Shown: piece by piece, positions 1 through 10,825 of the stretch
Numbering within the stretch: position 1 is the first letter of the stretch
Layout: every line of letters starts with the position of its first letter
DNA from: Amoebophrya sp. A120
Lineage: Eukaryota > Protista > Dinoflagellata
Reading direction: 5' to 3'
Assembly: GCA_905178155.1 (NCBI GenBank)
Contig: CAJINV010000010.1
Location: 645,851 to 709,850 of the forward strand
DNA: 64,000 nt
Translations under genes and position numbers: made by a program
The notes under the pieces: generated by a model
Seen by the model: only the letters and a program-made list of their open reading frames with translations
The model's database searches: none
Told to the model about the DNA's origin: nothing

Positions 1-156
1 TTCTGGATGCATATCCATATTCCGCATGACAAATGCCCTCTTTCCGTAGCAAAAATTACACTCCCTTTGCTGCTCATGCAATACAGATTTTTTTGGAATC
101 CAAATGCAGCATCACAAGTTGCATCCTTCCAGACCCAGACATTTTTGCATTTGATA
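1..156. mobile_element. Introner-like TIR element, family A (partial)
   Basis: Right end cttccagacccagacatttttgcatttgata. Confidence 0.85.
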
Positions 157-3100
157 CCTCGAAGCGCCGGTCGCGCATCATCAACGGTATTAGAGAGGGA
201 ATGATGTCCACGTGCGGAATCCCGCACACGTGCGCCTGCAGCTCCGCCGCTACTTGGCCACCGGTAGAACTTGTAGTTGCTGCCAGCTGCACTTTTCTGC
301 GGCTGGTGGATACCAGACTGCACAGGGATTTTTGCAGGTCCCGTTTCTGCTCCAGGTCCTCGTCGGCGTCCTCATTGACGGAATGGTTAAAGTTGTCATG
401 CGCTGAAGTGTCAAATTGTGTCGAATAAAACTTCGACTTCTGGTCGTCGCCGAAAATTTCCTGCCCGGTACAGGTGAACGTCATGGAGTGTTGCTGGCTG
501 TCTTCCGGCATGAAAGAATTTTCCTCCATCGACTGCTGGTGATGCTGGCAACTATCGTCCATCAGCGAGGAATCGTGATACCCGCGGCCAATTGCCTGCA
601 GGTCGTTTATCGCAGAGGAAGATGATATCGCAGCTCCTGCTCCAGAGCTATTTTTTCGCCGATAATTGTAGCTTGTTCCACTACCAATCGCATCTGATGT
701 TGTTGCCGTAGTTGACATAGTACCAACTTGCGCTGCGGAGTTCAGATTGTAGTTCCGCTGCTGGTTCATCTGCAGCCTTGCGTGTTGATCTGTCGGGAAC
801 AAATTTGAGGAGGTGTGAAACTGCGACTGCGAATTGGTGTGCGAAGAGGAGGACAACTGCCTGTTTCTTGCAGTGGTGCCGCCGCTCGTGGGGCTCATCC
901 AGAACGCTTCCAACTCCTCGCTGGCGGAAGAAAGCGGTACCTGCTCGTATGAACTCGCCTCGGTCAGAATTGTGTTTTCCCGATTCAAGTGCATGGATTG
1001 TTGCGACTGGGTTAACAAGACGCTGGAAGACTGGTTCACACTGGCGCCGCCACCAAAACTGAAGTCTTCCTCCGAAAGGAACAACTGGGGGTTCTGGTGC
1101 TGATGGTAGTTGTTCAACATCCCTCGAAGATTCTTGGAGCCGCGCCGTGGTGGCGAAAGGTGGTTCATCTGCTGCTCTTGTTCTGCAATAGCCCCGGTCG
1201 AATGATTCTGCAGTGGTTCTCCGCGTCCTCCAGTACATTGTTCTGCAGGGTAAAGAACTCCTACGGTGTGACCTGAAGACACTGCTCTTCCCGCGCCAGG
1301 AGGAGCGCCTGGAGGTCCTTCTCCAGAATGATTCGCTAGAAGCTCAAGCTGTTGACCAGCACCACCTCCGTTGCATGCAATTCCAGCTCCCGAAGTAGAA
1401 CCTGCCCGGGCTCGCTCCCGACTCTGTCGGGTGCTGCTCAGCAACGGCGCGCGCCGGTGGTAAGGCTTGTCTTTGAATAACGTGTTGACGTTTTCCCGAA
1501 TCAGTTTTGATTTGTCCACGACTACCTCCTCGTGGAGGTCGTTTTTCTCCTGAAGATGCTGCAGCTTCTCCAGCGTGTTTTGCACATCCTGTTCGACCGA
1601 TTCCCGGCTCTTTGCAAATTTATCGAGAACATCTTGTTGATCCCAAGAGGCATTAACGCCCGCGCCGTCGCTAGCATCTTCGTTTCTTGTAAACGAATTT
1701 GGGATTTGGTCCCCGCTTTGCTGTTGCTGTATAGTGCGGCTCTCTACTTCTTGTTCCAGATCATATCGTTCGTTCGACGCACTTCTCCCCGCCCTCAAGT
1801 TGTCGTGCGGTTCTAAGCTCTGGCTTTGGCCTTCTGTACTCAACATCTGCTGCTGCATCTGCGCTTCCTCATCACAGGGCGTCGCGTAGAAAATGTCCTC
1901 ATCGTCGATGACAGAGGAAGTTGCGAATCCGAGGTGCGACGAGGCGTTGTGATTGGTATAGTTGCTACTCATTTTTCTAGCCGGTGAGTTGTTGTTCTGC
2001 ACCTGTTGCTGCCTTTGCGTTTGCATGCCTGCTACACGCTCGTCCGCGATGATTTTCTTCTCCTGACACTGTTGCGCCTGCGGCTCTCCGTCCTCTATGC
2101 TCGACATGGAACTGGCCAGAAGTTCGTTAGACCACACGGTTTTTTTCGACGTTGTATATCCTGTGCAAAAGCATCCTGCTCGTATTGCAGTCATGCATTA
2201 CAAATCTTTTTCTGAAAGTAAATTAGCATTACAAATTTTATTTCTCATGCTGAGAAACTTTGTATATGCATTTATACAAATACGATCCTTTTGCACTGCA
2301 TATTGTAGTACCTGCGTTAATATTGCTCGTCCCCCCTACATGCTGTAGTTTTGATGCTGGGACGTGATGGATAATCCGACGGGAAGAAGAAATTTTAGAG
2401 GGAGAAGAAGTCGACGGATTTTGGGACGAGGATTTTGCTTCCGCCAAAACGGCTTCCGCTTCCTCTTGCAAGAACGTGGCATGATCGTCAGTGAAAAACT
2501 CCTGATCAGTTGTCAGCCCGCCCGCAGCGTCACTTTCTCTTTCTACCACCTCCTCTAGAACTCTGGTGGCAGATGAAATACAACCCGGATGTTGGCTCTG
2601 GTTGTACTGATGGCCGGGCTGGTGCGGATTCTCCAGAGGAGGAGGGCCACCTGGAAGTAGAACACCAGTCATTCTCTCCCCGCCCCGCTGGTATGCTAAT
2701 GGCGGTTGTTCGTGGTCCACAGGGTTGAGATAAACCGTGCTAACGCGATAATTGTTCGTAGAAGTACCACTGCTCGTTGTAGTACCAACTGGAAGATGAA
2801 AAGAGGTTCCCGGAGGGCCGCCCGAACCCGCGGGGTGCAGTGTCGAATTCGATCCTCCTCCACCCGCAGTTCCTTGGTCCGCTGCAGTTTGCTGCAATTT
2901 CGCGAACCGATTGTGCACTCGTTGGTAGGGAAGTTTCGTCACGTTTTTCCGTTTCTTGACCGGGGAAAAGGCCTTGAAGATGCCATCAGCATTCAGCAGC
3001 GAGTATCAAGTGCAAAAATGTCTGGGTCTGCAAAAGTATAAACTTGTCATGCAGATTTTCCATAACCCATGAGGTCTGGAATGTGGGATTTAGCATGACA

Positions 3101-3547
3101 GAATCTGCGAGGTCTCTGCCATGCCTACCCTGCATGAGAAGCTCCCTTCCATCTTGGTCAAAAGTGGACAGCTTTTCGCACTCATGCAACACAGATTTTT
3201 GCATGCTTCAGATTTACCATGACAAGCTGCCACCTTCCAGACCCAGACACTTTTACATTTGATAGCGGGTCGACTAAATCGGAGTTCCCGCGCTTCTTCT
3301 TCAAAGAGCTTGATCGCGAACGGTTGGTCTTGCTGGTAGCAGTTGCTGCGGCCGTAGAGGATGCGGCTCCTGTAGGATCTTTATTGCCGTGGTCGTGTGT
3401 CGCTGCATGTGGAGGAACGAAGCCTTCTTCTAATTGTTCTGCTGCTGCGGTTTCGCTTGCTAGCCCGTCCGCCGGCAACCTTTCAATTGACCTCGCTTCC
3501 AACGCGTCTTCCATCGTGCTGAACGTGGTGCGGAACTTGCTTTTCAT
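157..3547 (-). CDS. Large low-complexity (Q/S/T-rich) hypothetical protein, split by TIR elements and running off the left edge; the 5' part may lie at 10135-10825
   Basis: ORFs 3182-3547, 2238-2942 and 74-2194 join in frame when elements 3004-3264 and 2157-2302 plus one DR are removed (VDPLLNAD..., AGTTTSKK...). Confidence 0.7.
2157..2302. mobile_element. Introner-like element, family D
   Basis: tatcctgtgcaaaag...ttttgcactgcata; DR ttgta/ttgta. Confidence 0.9.
3004..3264. mobile_element. Introner-like element, family A
   Basis: TIR tatcaagtgcaaaaatgtctgggtctg; DR gcgag/gcggg. Confidence 0.9.
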
Positions 3548-3688
3548 ACCACCGTAGTTGTTCTGCGCATCATGTAAAGATGTATAGTTCTAGTTGCGAG
3601 CTGAGGAGAGTTCGAGTCGAATATCCGAGAAGCGAGAACCGGATCCGTCAAAAACAGATTTGACAAACCGGATCCGTCAAATGCAAAT

Positions 3689-3955
3689 ATGACATTTCAA
3701 ATTTCACATTTGCACATTTCAATTTCACACTTTCAAACATTTCAATTTCACATTTTCAAATTTCAAGTTTTCAGATTTCAAGTTTTCAGATTTCAAGTTT
3801 TCAGATTTCAAGTTTTCAGATTTCAAGTTTTCAGATTGCAAGTTTTCAATTTTTCAAGTTTCACGTTTTCAAATTTCAAATTTTCAAGTTTCAAAATTTG
3901 GAGTTTCAGGTTTTCAACTTTCAAGTTTTCAAGTTTCAAACTTTCATATTTGAAA
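3689..3955. repeat. Minisatellite (tttcaagttttcaga)n and degenerate variants
   Basis: About five near-perfect 15-mers at ~3761-3850, embedded in tttca-rich degenerate copies. Confidence 0.9.
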
Positions 3956-4283
3956 TCTGCAGACTTGCGATCAGATCTCAGATCTCACGCCTCATGTCTC
4001 AGTCTTCAGATCTGAAATCTCAGAGATCAGATCTCGCATCCCAGATCTTGAGGCTCAGATCTCGAGTCTCAGATCTCGAGCCCAGTCTCAGATCTCGAGT
4101 CTCAGATCTCGAGTCTCATCGCTCGGGTCTCAGATCTCGAATCCCAGACCTCGAATCTCAGACCACGAATCTCAGCCCTCGAGCCTCTCGAACCAACCTC
4201 GGAGCCCGACTCCCAGATCTCAGGCATCACGTCGCAAACGCCACCCCTCGGACTTCAGAGCTCAGGTCTTACATCTCAGACCT
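3956..4283. repeat. Heptamer satellite (agatctc/gagtctc)n
   Basis: Repeated agatctc / cgagtctc units with ~7-bp period. Confidence 0.85.
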
Positions 4284-4390
4284 CAAAGAAAAGCGAAAAC
4301 ACACCGGGGCCAGATTGCCAGCCACGACCTGCTGGCCAGCCTGTGACCAGGGTGGCAGATTCTTTCTCGGCGCGTGTTCTTCGGATGGCG

Positions 4391-4496
4391 CACAACAAAA
4401 GGGCAAACAGAGCGGGTCAGTGGTTTCTTTTGGTTTCTTTGTTCACAACAAAAGGGCAAACAGAGCGGGTCAGTGGTTTCTTTTGGTTTCTTTGTT
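4391..4496. repeat. Perfect 53-bp tandem duplication
   Basis: cacaacaaaagggcaaacagagcgggtcagtggtttcttttggtttctttgtt at 4391-4443 and 4444-4496. Confidence 0.9.
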
Positions 4497-4762
4497 TGTG
4501 TGGTTCGGCCTATTGTGTTAGGGACCTGGTGCAGCACCAAGCAAATACATCAAGAGAAGCAAGACAAAAGACCGGGGGGGGTATCAGACAAATAAAATAA
4601 AGGCGAAGGCTTTGGGAGTACTTCCTTCAAGGGGTGGGAATGAAAAGCATGCGCCTGGCCCGGGGGCAAAATACCAGGAAAGGGCTAGCAGTGAAGCACT
4701 AAAAAAGAAATAAAATAGTAAATTGATCGGCATACTCATAAGGGCGCAGAGGGGTAGGGAAC

Positions 4763-7700
4763 TTACGGGAACCATCTAACGCGCGGACGCGGTAGTCCAA
4801 ACGTCGCAAGGTCGACGTAGTTCTCTAACGTCGTGACCCCGTCCTCGCGATAAAGCGCGACCTGGCTGCGACTTCGCGGCCGGCTGAGCATGGTGAAGGC
4901 GATCCCATGGAGTACCCAGATGGTTGCGACGGAAATCACGTAAAGGATACCGAGGGCAACCGTGCGCCCCTGGAAGCTGTGGGTCGTGCTGACCACGCTG
5001 GCACGGACCCCGATCGCCAAAACCAACCAGCGCGCGCCCGGATCCGCGTCCACGTCTTCTTCCCAGGTACTGTTGAGCGGCACTTCTTCCTCCATCCCTG
5101 TGTCGTCAAATCGCACAAGGACGAAAGTGTCGCCGAACCCGCGAAGGATGCCGCGGGAGTTGGTCGCGTATGTGCGTTGCAATAATCTGAGTGGGCCCGT
5201 AAGGGCGACGCGCTCACCGATGAAGAGCTCCAGAGCCTCCGACCGTGTCGATTCTTCGGTCTCGAAGCCTTCAAGCAATGGATTCTGCATGTTGAGCATC
5301 AGGGGTTTGTATGTGCGGCACGCGACCCGCAGGGAACGCAAAGCCCGCGCGCGCACCCCGAGAACCCGGCGGCGTTCGCGATGGGTGCCGACAACGATCT
5401 CCACTTTGTTCAGGGCATCGACGCCGCCACCAATGCGAACACGCTCCCCAAGCCATTGGTAGGAGTATTCCGCGTCCGCAGCGCCGACCCGCCCGAAGGT
5501 GGTGAGGTCGATCTCCTTCGTCTCGCCCGTTCGAATAGGGTCCAGCTCTTCACTCCATTCCTGTGTGTCGTAGCGCGGGTTGTGTTTCCCGTTGTCGATG
5601 TAGATGTAGCGCACGCGTGGGAGGGTCTCCACATACCGGGCGAACGGCGTCGGCGATCCAGCAAGAAGGGCGTCCGTGGCTTTTGTGAGTCGCAACACGC
5701 TGGGAAGCTGGTGGGTGTCGCCGAGGAGCCCGACCTTCTTCGCGCCCCAGGGCTTCGCGCGTGCCCGGCCCGACGCCTTGCCAAGGGCCTGCATCCAAAG
5801 AAGCGTCTGATCGCCGACCTTTTTCTCCCCAGTCTCGAACCACTCAGCGTTACCCATGGCGTCCTCATCGATCAGAACAATGTCGGCCGCGCCGGCAAGT
5901 GCTTGCGCCTCTTCCCCCCAAGCCTTGCTGTCCTCGAGCTCGATCGTCATCCCGAGGCCGTCGTGCATTGTCTTGCCGCCGATGATTGTGGCGGCCTGCC
6001 CGGTGGAGGCGAGCAGAATAATGACAAGGCCCCGAAGGTAGGAGGCGAGCTCGATTGCACGAATCAGAATGGCCTTGCCGGCCCCGGCAGCTTCGTCGCA
6101 TACAACAACGTCGGCGACCGAGTTAGGGGTCTCGGTGCCGCCGTCCATGAACTCATAGAAGGCTGCTTTCTGTCCGGGTGTCATCTCGATCGCGTTCGGG
6201 TCGGCACCATGGAGAAGGTTTGCGAACTCCCGCGCGTGTGCCTGGCGGTTTGCGCGGATGCGGGCGTGGTATGCGTCGACATAGTACTGCCGTCGCTCGC
6301 GGTCGGATCCAAAGGTCATCAGGTGGGTGGCCGCGTCCGGGCGGGTCTGGCGAATCGTGTGGCGGTCGATGCCTTCGCGCTCGAGCCGCTGCGCGATGAC
6401 CTTCGCCGGGATTCCATGTTCGTCCTCAAGCCACTGCCATGCAATCTGCCGGGCCTCCGCCTGGAAGTTTGTGAAGTACTTCACGAAAAGCGTCAGCGGG
6501 CCGGTCTGCGGCCGCAATTGGGTGAGTTCATCCAAAAAGTTTTGAAAAACAAACCCCGCAAGGTGGGCGGGGTAATTCCAGCGCCGCATGCTTGCTGCGG
6601 GGTCGTCAAAATACTCCTCCACGTCAGCCCTTTCAACAAGATGCAGCCCACAAAGCCACAGCAGATAGGTGTCCCCGAAATTTTTGCCGCGGATGTGGGC
6701 GATCTCCCGAAAGGGGTCGCGTTTTGCGAGGATGCGCCTGGCTTTCTCGAGCGCGCCCGCCGTGTTGCCGCGAATTTCCTTCCGGTGTTCCTCTAAGAAC
6801 TGGACGAACTCCCGAAGCGTCTGCAATTCCAAGACAACGCCGAACCGCGTCTCCCCGCGAAACTCTTCCTCGTGGATCGCTGGGTGCCAGTGCATGAAAG
6901 GCGCCAGAAGCCGCGCGTCTGCCGACGGGATAGTGCCGAGGGAGAACCGTTCAAGCGACCAAGAGCGATATTTTTCCGGCCGGTCGAGCCAGTTGCTGAC
7001 GTAATCCGTCGGCCCTGCCGCCATACGGAAACAACGCGCGGAGTCGATGTGGTACTCATTTACGAGAATCGGACGGAGAAGGCCGTCGGGGACGTGGACC
7101 CCGAGCCGGTTGAAGCCATAGAGCTCGGCAGCCGCATCCGACGCGGGAAGCACCTGGGCCGCGTGAAGCGTCTCGACCTCATTACAGCGCCCGTCCTGCT
7201 CGAACATTTGCCAGCTTCCCTGCTCCGTGTTTTTCCCGAGGGGCTTCATCTTCTTAATCGGGTAGGTGATCACGTAGCGGACTTTGTTGGCCCCCCCGAC
7301 CCCTGTTGCGTGGCAATGCGCACGAAACCGGCAGAAGGTCTTTTTGTCGATACCGACGAACATCACATCGGCGGGGTCGGTCTCGATCTGCAAGAAGCCC
7401 CGGTCGTCGAGATATGTGACCGCAACGACCACGGCAGGAATGCGCCGGAGGCACTGCGTCTGGCCGGGTCGCAAGCAGGCCGCTGTGTGGTTATGGTAGA
7501 AAACTTTGTCGGCGGTTTCTTTCCAAGCGGGGCAGTCTTGGGGAATGAAGTCGCGGCTGCGGGTAATGAATTCATCGAAATCCTGCTCGAGCAAAAGCGG
7601 AAGCAGGAACCACGTCAGAGTGTGCTGGTGCGGTCTGCCGCTGCTGGGCTGGGCCTCTTTTCCCCAAGTTACTGCGGCGCAGGGGCCGTAGATTTGCTCC

Positions 7701-9325
7701 AGGCTGTCCGTGTGCAGCCACATCTTCGCTTGAAAGGCGCGCACGCTTGCAGCGGGTTCGTCGAGAACGCCACAGGTGCCCCAGGGTCTGCGCGAAGCCT
7801 CGGCGACAAGTTCGCGCGTGTCGTCTGCTTGCGTCGCGGTCGTCATGAGGTCCGCAGCGCCGAGCTTGCGCATGATGGCGAACGCCTTGCCCCGCTGTTC
7901 CGCGACTTCTTCTAACGAGCCGGGCACGTTGGCGGGCAGGCGGCGGGGAAGCTTTCCCGGGTGGCTTTTTTGGTACGCTGCCGAATAGGCGAGGATGAGG
8001 CGCTGCCGCTGATTGAGGGAAAAGCGCAGGAGCAGCTCCTGGTGGAGGTCATGGAGCACGGGGCTCATCATTTCCGGGCGTGCGAAATACTGGCGGAGAA
8101 AGCACTTCGTAGTCACGTTGGCCGGCAAAGTCAGGCCGTTCACGAAAAGCAGCGGAAACTCGACGCCGAGCAACTGCTCCCACAACCGCGTCAGGTCCTC
8201 ATGCTTTTGGTGGATCTTCTTCGCATCCATGTCGTGCTGCTCCTTCGTGGGGAAAAAAATCTCGGACCCTTCGCGCATGCGTCCGGCGTTTACGCGAATG
8301 GTCACCCCACAAACCCCCCCGGCGTCAAGCTCAAGCCCGAGCCCGGTAATTGGCCCCGGGTCGTTCAGGTAGCGCTGAAAATTTACATGGCTGTAGACCG
8401 GGTGCCCGCGGTTCCTCCGGGTCAGGAGCCCGAGCATGTCGGCGGCTGCCTTTTTTTCCTGCGCCCGCGGCGACTTCCCTCCTGCCGCCACCGTCAGAGC
8501 CACTTTGATCCCGAGGCAGTCCGCTAAGTAGTTGGGGCACCATAGGCCAGTCCCGAACGAGAACAACTGGGAGCCCAAGGGAAACGACTCGGCGCGCCGG
8601 CCCATGTACTTCCGCTCCTTCTTGGTGTGCCTCCGCGCGTCCCGTGGTTCATATTGGTAGCGCATCATAGCGACGTTGGAATTTGCTCGCGCGTACAGGG
8701 CGGAGGCCTTCGGAACCGTCTCCCACTCATGGATGTATTCCTCCCGGCCATCGGTCAACCTTTCCCAAAAGTCCGAGGAAAGCGCCTCCGCGCCGTCGTT
8801 GCAGAGGATGCAGGTCTTCTGCTGCTCTGTTGCAGGGTCCCACGTTGCCTCCGTATTTTCGTAAACATACACGCCACACCACTTGCACGGGGCTGCTTCT
8901 ACTTCCATCTCTCCCCAAACCTCGGGCGGGTGGGGGAGAGCGTACTCCGGCGCAGTGAAGACGTTGGCCTTGATGGCGCACGGCCGGCAAAGGTTGTCCA
9001 GTTGGGTCGGGGCCTGTGGTGCTGCATCACCAGCAAGCGCCTCGAACACTTCGAGGACAGGAAAAAAACCGCTGTGGGTTAATGGCGGCACAGGGCGCGG
9101 CCACTTCTGGCTCTTCTGAATTTCCTCGCACCGAAGGGCATTGATGCGATCGGGATAATTGAAGTACCCGGCTGGGTATCGGGTCTGGCACTTATCGCAG
9201 GCGGTGCTAAATCCATTGCACACGCGGCAGCAGTCGGAGTCGTTCTCAACGTCCCGGCGGCGAAAATGACAGACCTCACACCGGTCGGGCCAGGCGATGC
9301 GCTCACTGAGTTCCAGCTTCGCCAT
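4763..9325 (-). CDS. Helitron-like RepHel: Cys-rich N-terminus, HUH-Y2 Rep domain, PIF1-family SF1B helicase (~1520 aa, intronless)
   Basis: Rep motifs DLMTTAT, KEAQPSSGRPHQHTLTW (HUH) and RYVITYPIK (YxxxY). Helicase motifs AAGAGKAIL, LIDEDAMG, LLGDTHQLPSV, STTHSFQGRTV and FTMLSRPRS. Start placed at MAKLELS. Confidence 0.9.
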   Translation of the reverse strand: MAKLELSERIAWPDRCEVCHFRRRDVENDSDCCRVCNGFSTACDKCQTRYPAGYFNYPDRINALRCEEIQKSQKWPRPVPPLTHSGFFPVLEVFEALAGDAAPQAPTQLDNLCRPCAIKANVFTAPEYALPHPPEVWGEMEVEAAPCKWCGVYVYENTEATWDPATEQQKTCILCNDGAEALSSDFWERLTDGREEYIHEWETVPKASALYARANSNVAMMRYQYEPRDARRHTKKERKYMGRRAESFPLGSQLFSFGTGLWCPNYLADCLGIKVALTVAAGGKSPRAQEKKAAADMLGLLTRRNRGHPVYSHVNFQRYLNDPGPITGLGLELDAGGVCGVTIRVNAGRMREGSEIFFPTKEQHDMDAKKIHQKHEDLTRLWEQLLGVEFPLLFVNGLTLPANVTTKCFLRQYFARPEMMSPVLHDLHQELLLRFSLNQRQRLILAYSAAYQKSHPGKLPRRLPANVPGSLEEVAEQRGKAFAIMRKLGAADLMTTATQADDTRELVAEASRRPWGTCGVLDEPAASVRAFQAKMWLHTDSLEQIYGPCAAVTWGKEAQPSSGRPHQHTLTWFLLPLLLEQDFDEFITRSRDFIPQDCPAWKETADKVFYHNHTAACLRPGQTQCLRRIPAVVVAVTYLDDRGFLQIETDPADVMFVGIDKKTFCRFRAHCHATGVGGANKVRYVITYPIKKMKPLGKNTEQGSWQMFEQDGRCNEVETLHAAQVLPASDAAAELYGFNRLGVHVPDGLLRPILVNEYHIDSARCFRMAAGPTDYVSNWLDRPEKYRSWSLERFSLGTIPSADARLLAPFMHWHPAIHEEEFRGETRFGVVLELQTLREFVQFLEEHRKEIRGNTAGALEKARRILAKRDPFREIAHIRGKNFGDTYLLWLCGLHLVERADVEEYFDDPAASMRRWNYPAHLAGFVFQNFLDELTQLRPQTGPLTLFVKYFTNFQAEARQIAWQWLEDEHGIPAKVIAQRLEREGIDRHTIRQTRPDAATHLMTFGSDRERRQYYVDAYHARIRANRQAHAREFANLLHGADPNAIEMTPGQKAAFYEFMDGGTETPNSVADVVVCDEAAGAGKAILIRAIELASYLRGLVIILLASTGQAATIIGGKTMHDGLGMTIELEDSKAWGEEAQALAGAADIVLIDEDAMGNAEWFETGEKKVGDQTLLWMQALGKASGRARAKPWGAKKVGLLGDTHQLPSVLRLTKATDALLAGSPTPFARYVETLPRVRYIYIDNGKHNPRYDTQEWSEELDPIRTGETKEIDLTTFGRVGAADAEYSYQWLGERVRIGGGVDALNKVEIVVGTHRERRRVLGVRARALRSLRVACRTYKPLMLNMQNPLLEGFETEESTRSEALELFIGERVALTGPLRLLQRTYATNSRGILRGFGDTFVLVRFDDTGMEEEVPLNSTWEEDVDADPGARWLVLAIGVRASVVSTTHSFQGRTVALGILYVISVATIWVLHGIAFTMLSRPRSRSQVALYREDGVTTLENYVDLATFGLPRPRVRWFP

Positions 9326-10134
9326 TTTCTTTTTTGGGTGCGCCACTAAAAAGCGAAAGGACTCGAGGGTATAATTTACGTGGGGGGGTGGCTTCCAAAA
9401 ATGCGCAATCCTTACGGGCGGGCGAAAAAAAATACGACAGGGGTAGACCAAAGCGCGGGGCTATTTGCTGACCTATGTAAGGCTTCGGGCGTTTCTCTTG
9501 GGAGCGCGTTTCTCTTCTTACTCTTTGTCCGATAAGGTTACTCCCATGCGGGCTGATGTGGTGCATAGCATGCGCCTAATCGCCGTCGCGCCTTTTCTCT
9601 TCTTTAAGTGTGTGAACGGGGTCGCGCTTACATCTATCACGCACCACGCCCCCCTGTTTCTATTTTGGATCATTCGCGTTGGATCTTGGGGCCCGGGCTG
9701 GGCGCGTTGCGGCGCCCTCTCTCCGACGGCCGCGGCAGGCTTCTTCGCCTGCGTGGCCGGGACAAGAGCGGCCGGATTTGCGTTGCTGCGTTCCTCGCAG
9801 GGAGGCACCTGCCGCCATGGCCTTTGTGGCGTCACGGGGCAGATGGTGGGCCATGCAAATACTACGACAAACTTTCCGCCCCCCCCCGCCATGCCTCTTC
9901 TGCCACCGCCCTCGCATCCTCTGCCTGGATGCGGGGTGGCGACCGTTGTGGCTCGGCTGGGCGCGCCTTCTGTGATCTTACTGGCGCTGCTGGCCTGCCT
10001 GGCCCCTGCCCTTGCGGTCTTCTCGACCTGCTTGGGCAGGGCCTGGGCGGCCGGCAGTTTGTTACTGCGCTATTTCCTTCATGCATGTTCTCGCTTCTCG
10101 TTTATCAAAGAACTGTGGCGACAAGAGTTGCATA

Positions 10135-10825
10135 CTTGTAATTCGCGCTGTTGTTGATCCCCTGATTGGTCGTAGACGTAGTCGTAGAAGTGCTGCTCCC
10201 GTTATAATTTTTCGACGCATTTATCGGCGGCAGCAACTGATGCGAAGAGGAATCGGTTTTCTTCGCACCAGACGCGAAAGAGTTGGACCGCAATCGCAAA
10301 CCGGAGCTGGGAAAAGCACCGGAATAAGTTGTGGAGAATGCTGCGGTGCTACTATTCGGTTGCTGGTCGAAAGGGTCGAGAAGCTGTCCTCCTCCGGAAG
10401 TTCTAGTGACCAAGTTAATGCCGCCTCTATTGCCAGCAGTTCCTGCTTGCCCTCGCGTCTGTTGACCGGCAATACCTGTAGTCGACGGCAGACCGAAGGA
10501 GTGACTGCGAAGTCTCGTGGTAGTGCTCGCGCCGATTCGACCACCCGGAGCGCCGCCCCCTCCGAAGTGTTCTCCATTCGCCCCGCCAGTCGTAGTCGCG
10601 CCGACATTGTACCGCTTTTTGTGTTGGAGTTTGTACTGGCTCAGCGTGCGCGACAGCGCGGGGGCACCGGAGGAATTCGCATTGCGGTTCATCGGATGGA
10701 GGCGGGGGTGTGATTCCTTGCGCCAATGGTGGTACGGCTATCGAACTCGTCGTGGAGTTGGTTCCAAAGCCAGTATGGCCGACTTGTTGCTGCACATGTG
10801 TAATGACTTTATTCTCAAGTTGCAC
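10135..10825 (-). CDS. Low-complexity hypothetical exon(s), probably the 5' part of the gene at 157-3547
   Basis: G/S/T-rich ORF 10105-10692 of similar composition. It joins the 3547 frame if 3562-10134 plus one DR is removed (NYKYGGMK). Confidence 0.45.

Larger units (their letters stand above)
3622..10104 (-). mobile_element. 6.5-kb Helitron-like unit bounded by TIRs
   Basis: Contains a Rep-helicase ORF in a GC-rich body. Perfect 14-bp inverted repeat cgagaagcgagaac (3626-3639) / gttctcgcttctcg (10087-10100). Flanks are tcgaa / tcaaa. Confidence 0.65.

Noticed and set aside
3585-3625. Canonical Helitron 3' end (hairpin plus CTAG)
   Set aside because: The stem is only 5 bp, the CTAG is not followed by T, and I found no matching 5' TC end.
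3689-4496. CRISPR-like array, or ORFs 3689-4015 and 3898-4521
   Set aside because: These are contiguous tandem repeats without unique spacers and there are no cas genes; the ORFs are repeat translations.
5381-9082. Long plus-strand ORFs (471, 347 and 188 aa)
   Set aside because: They are antisense shadows of the GC-rich RepHel ORF.
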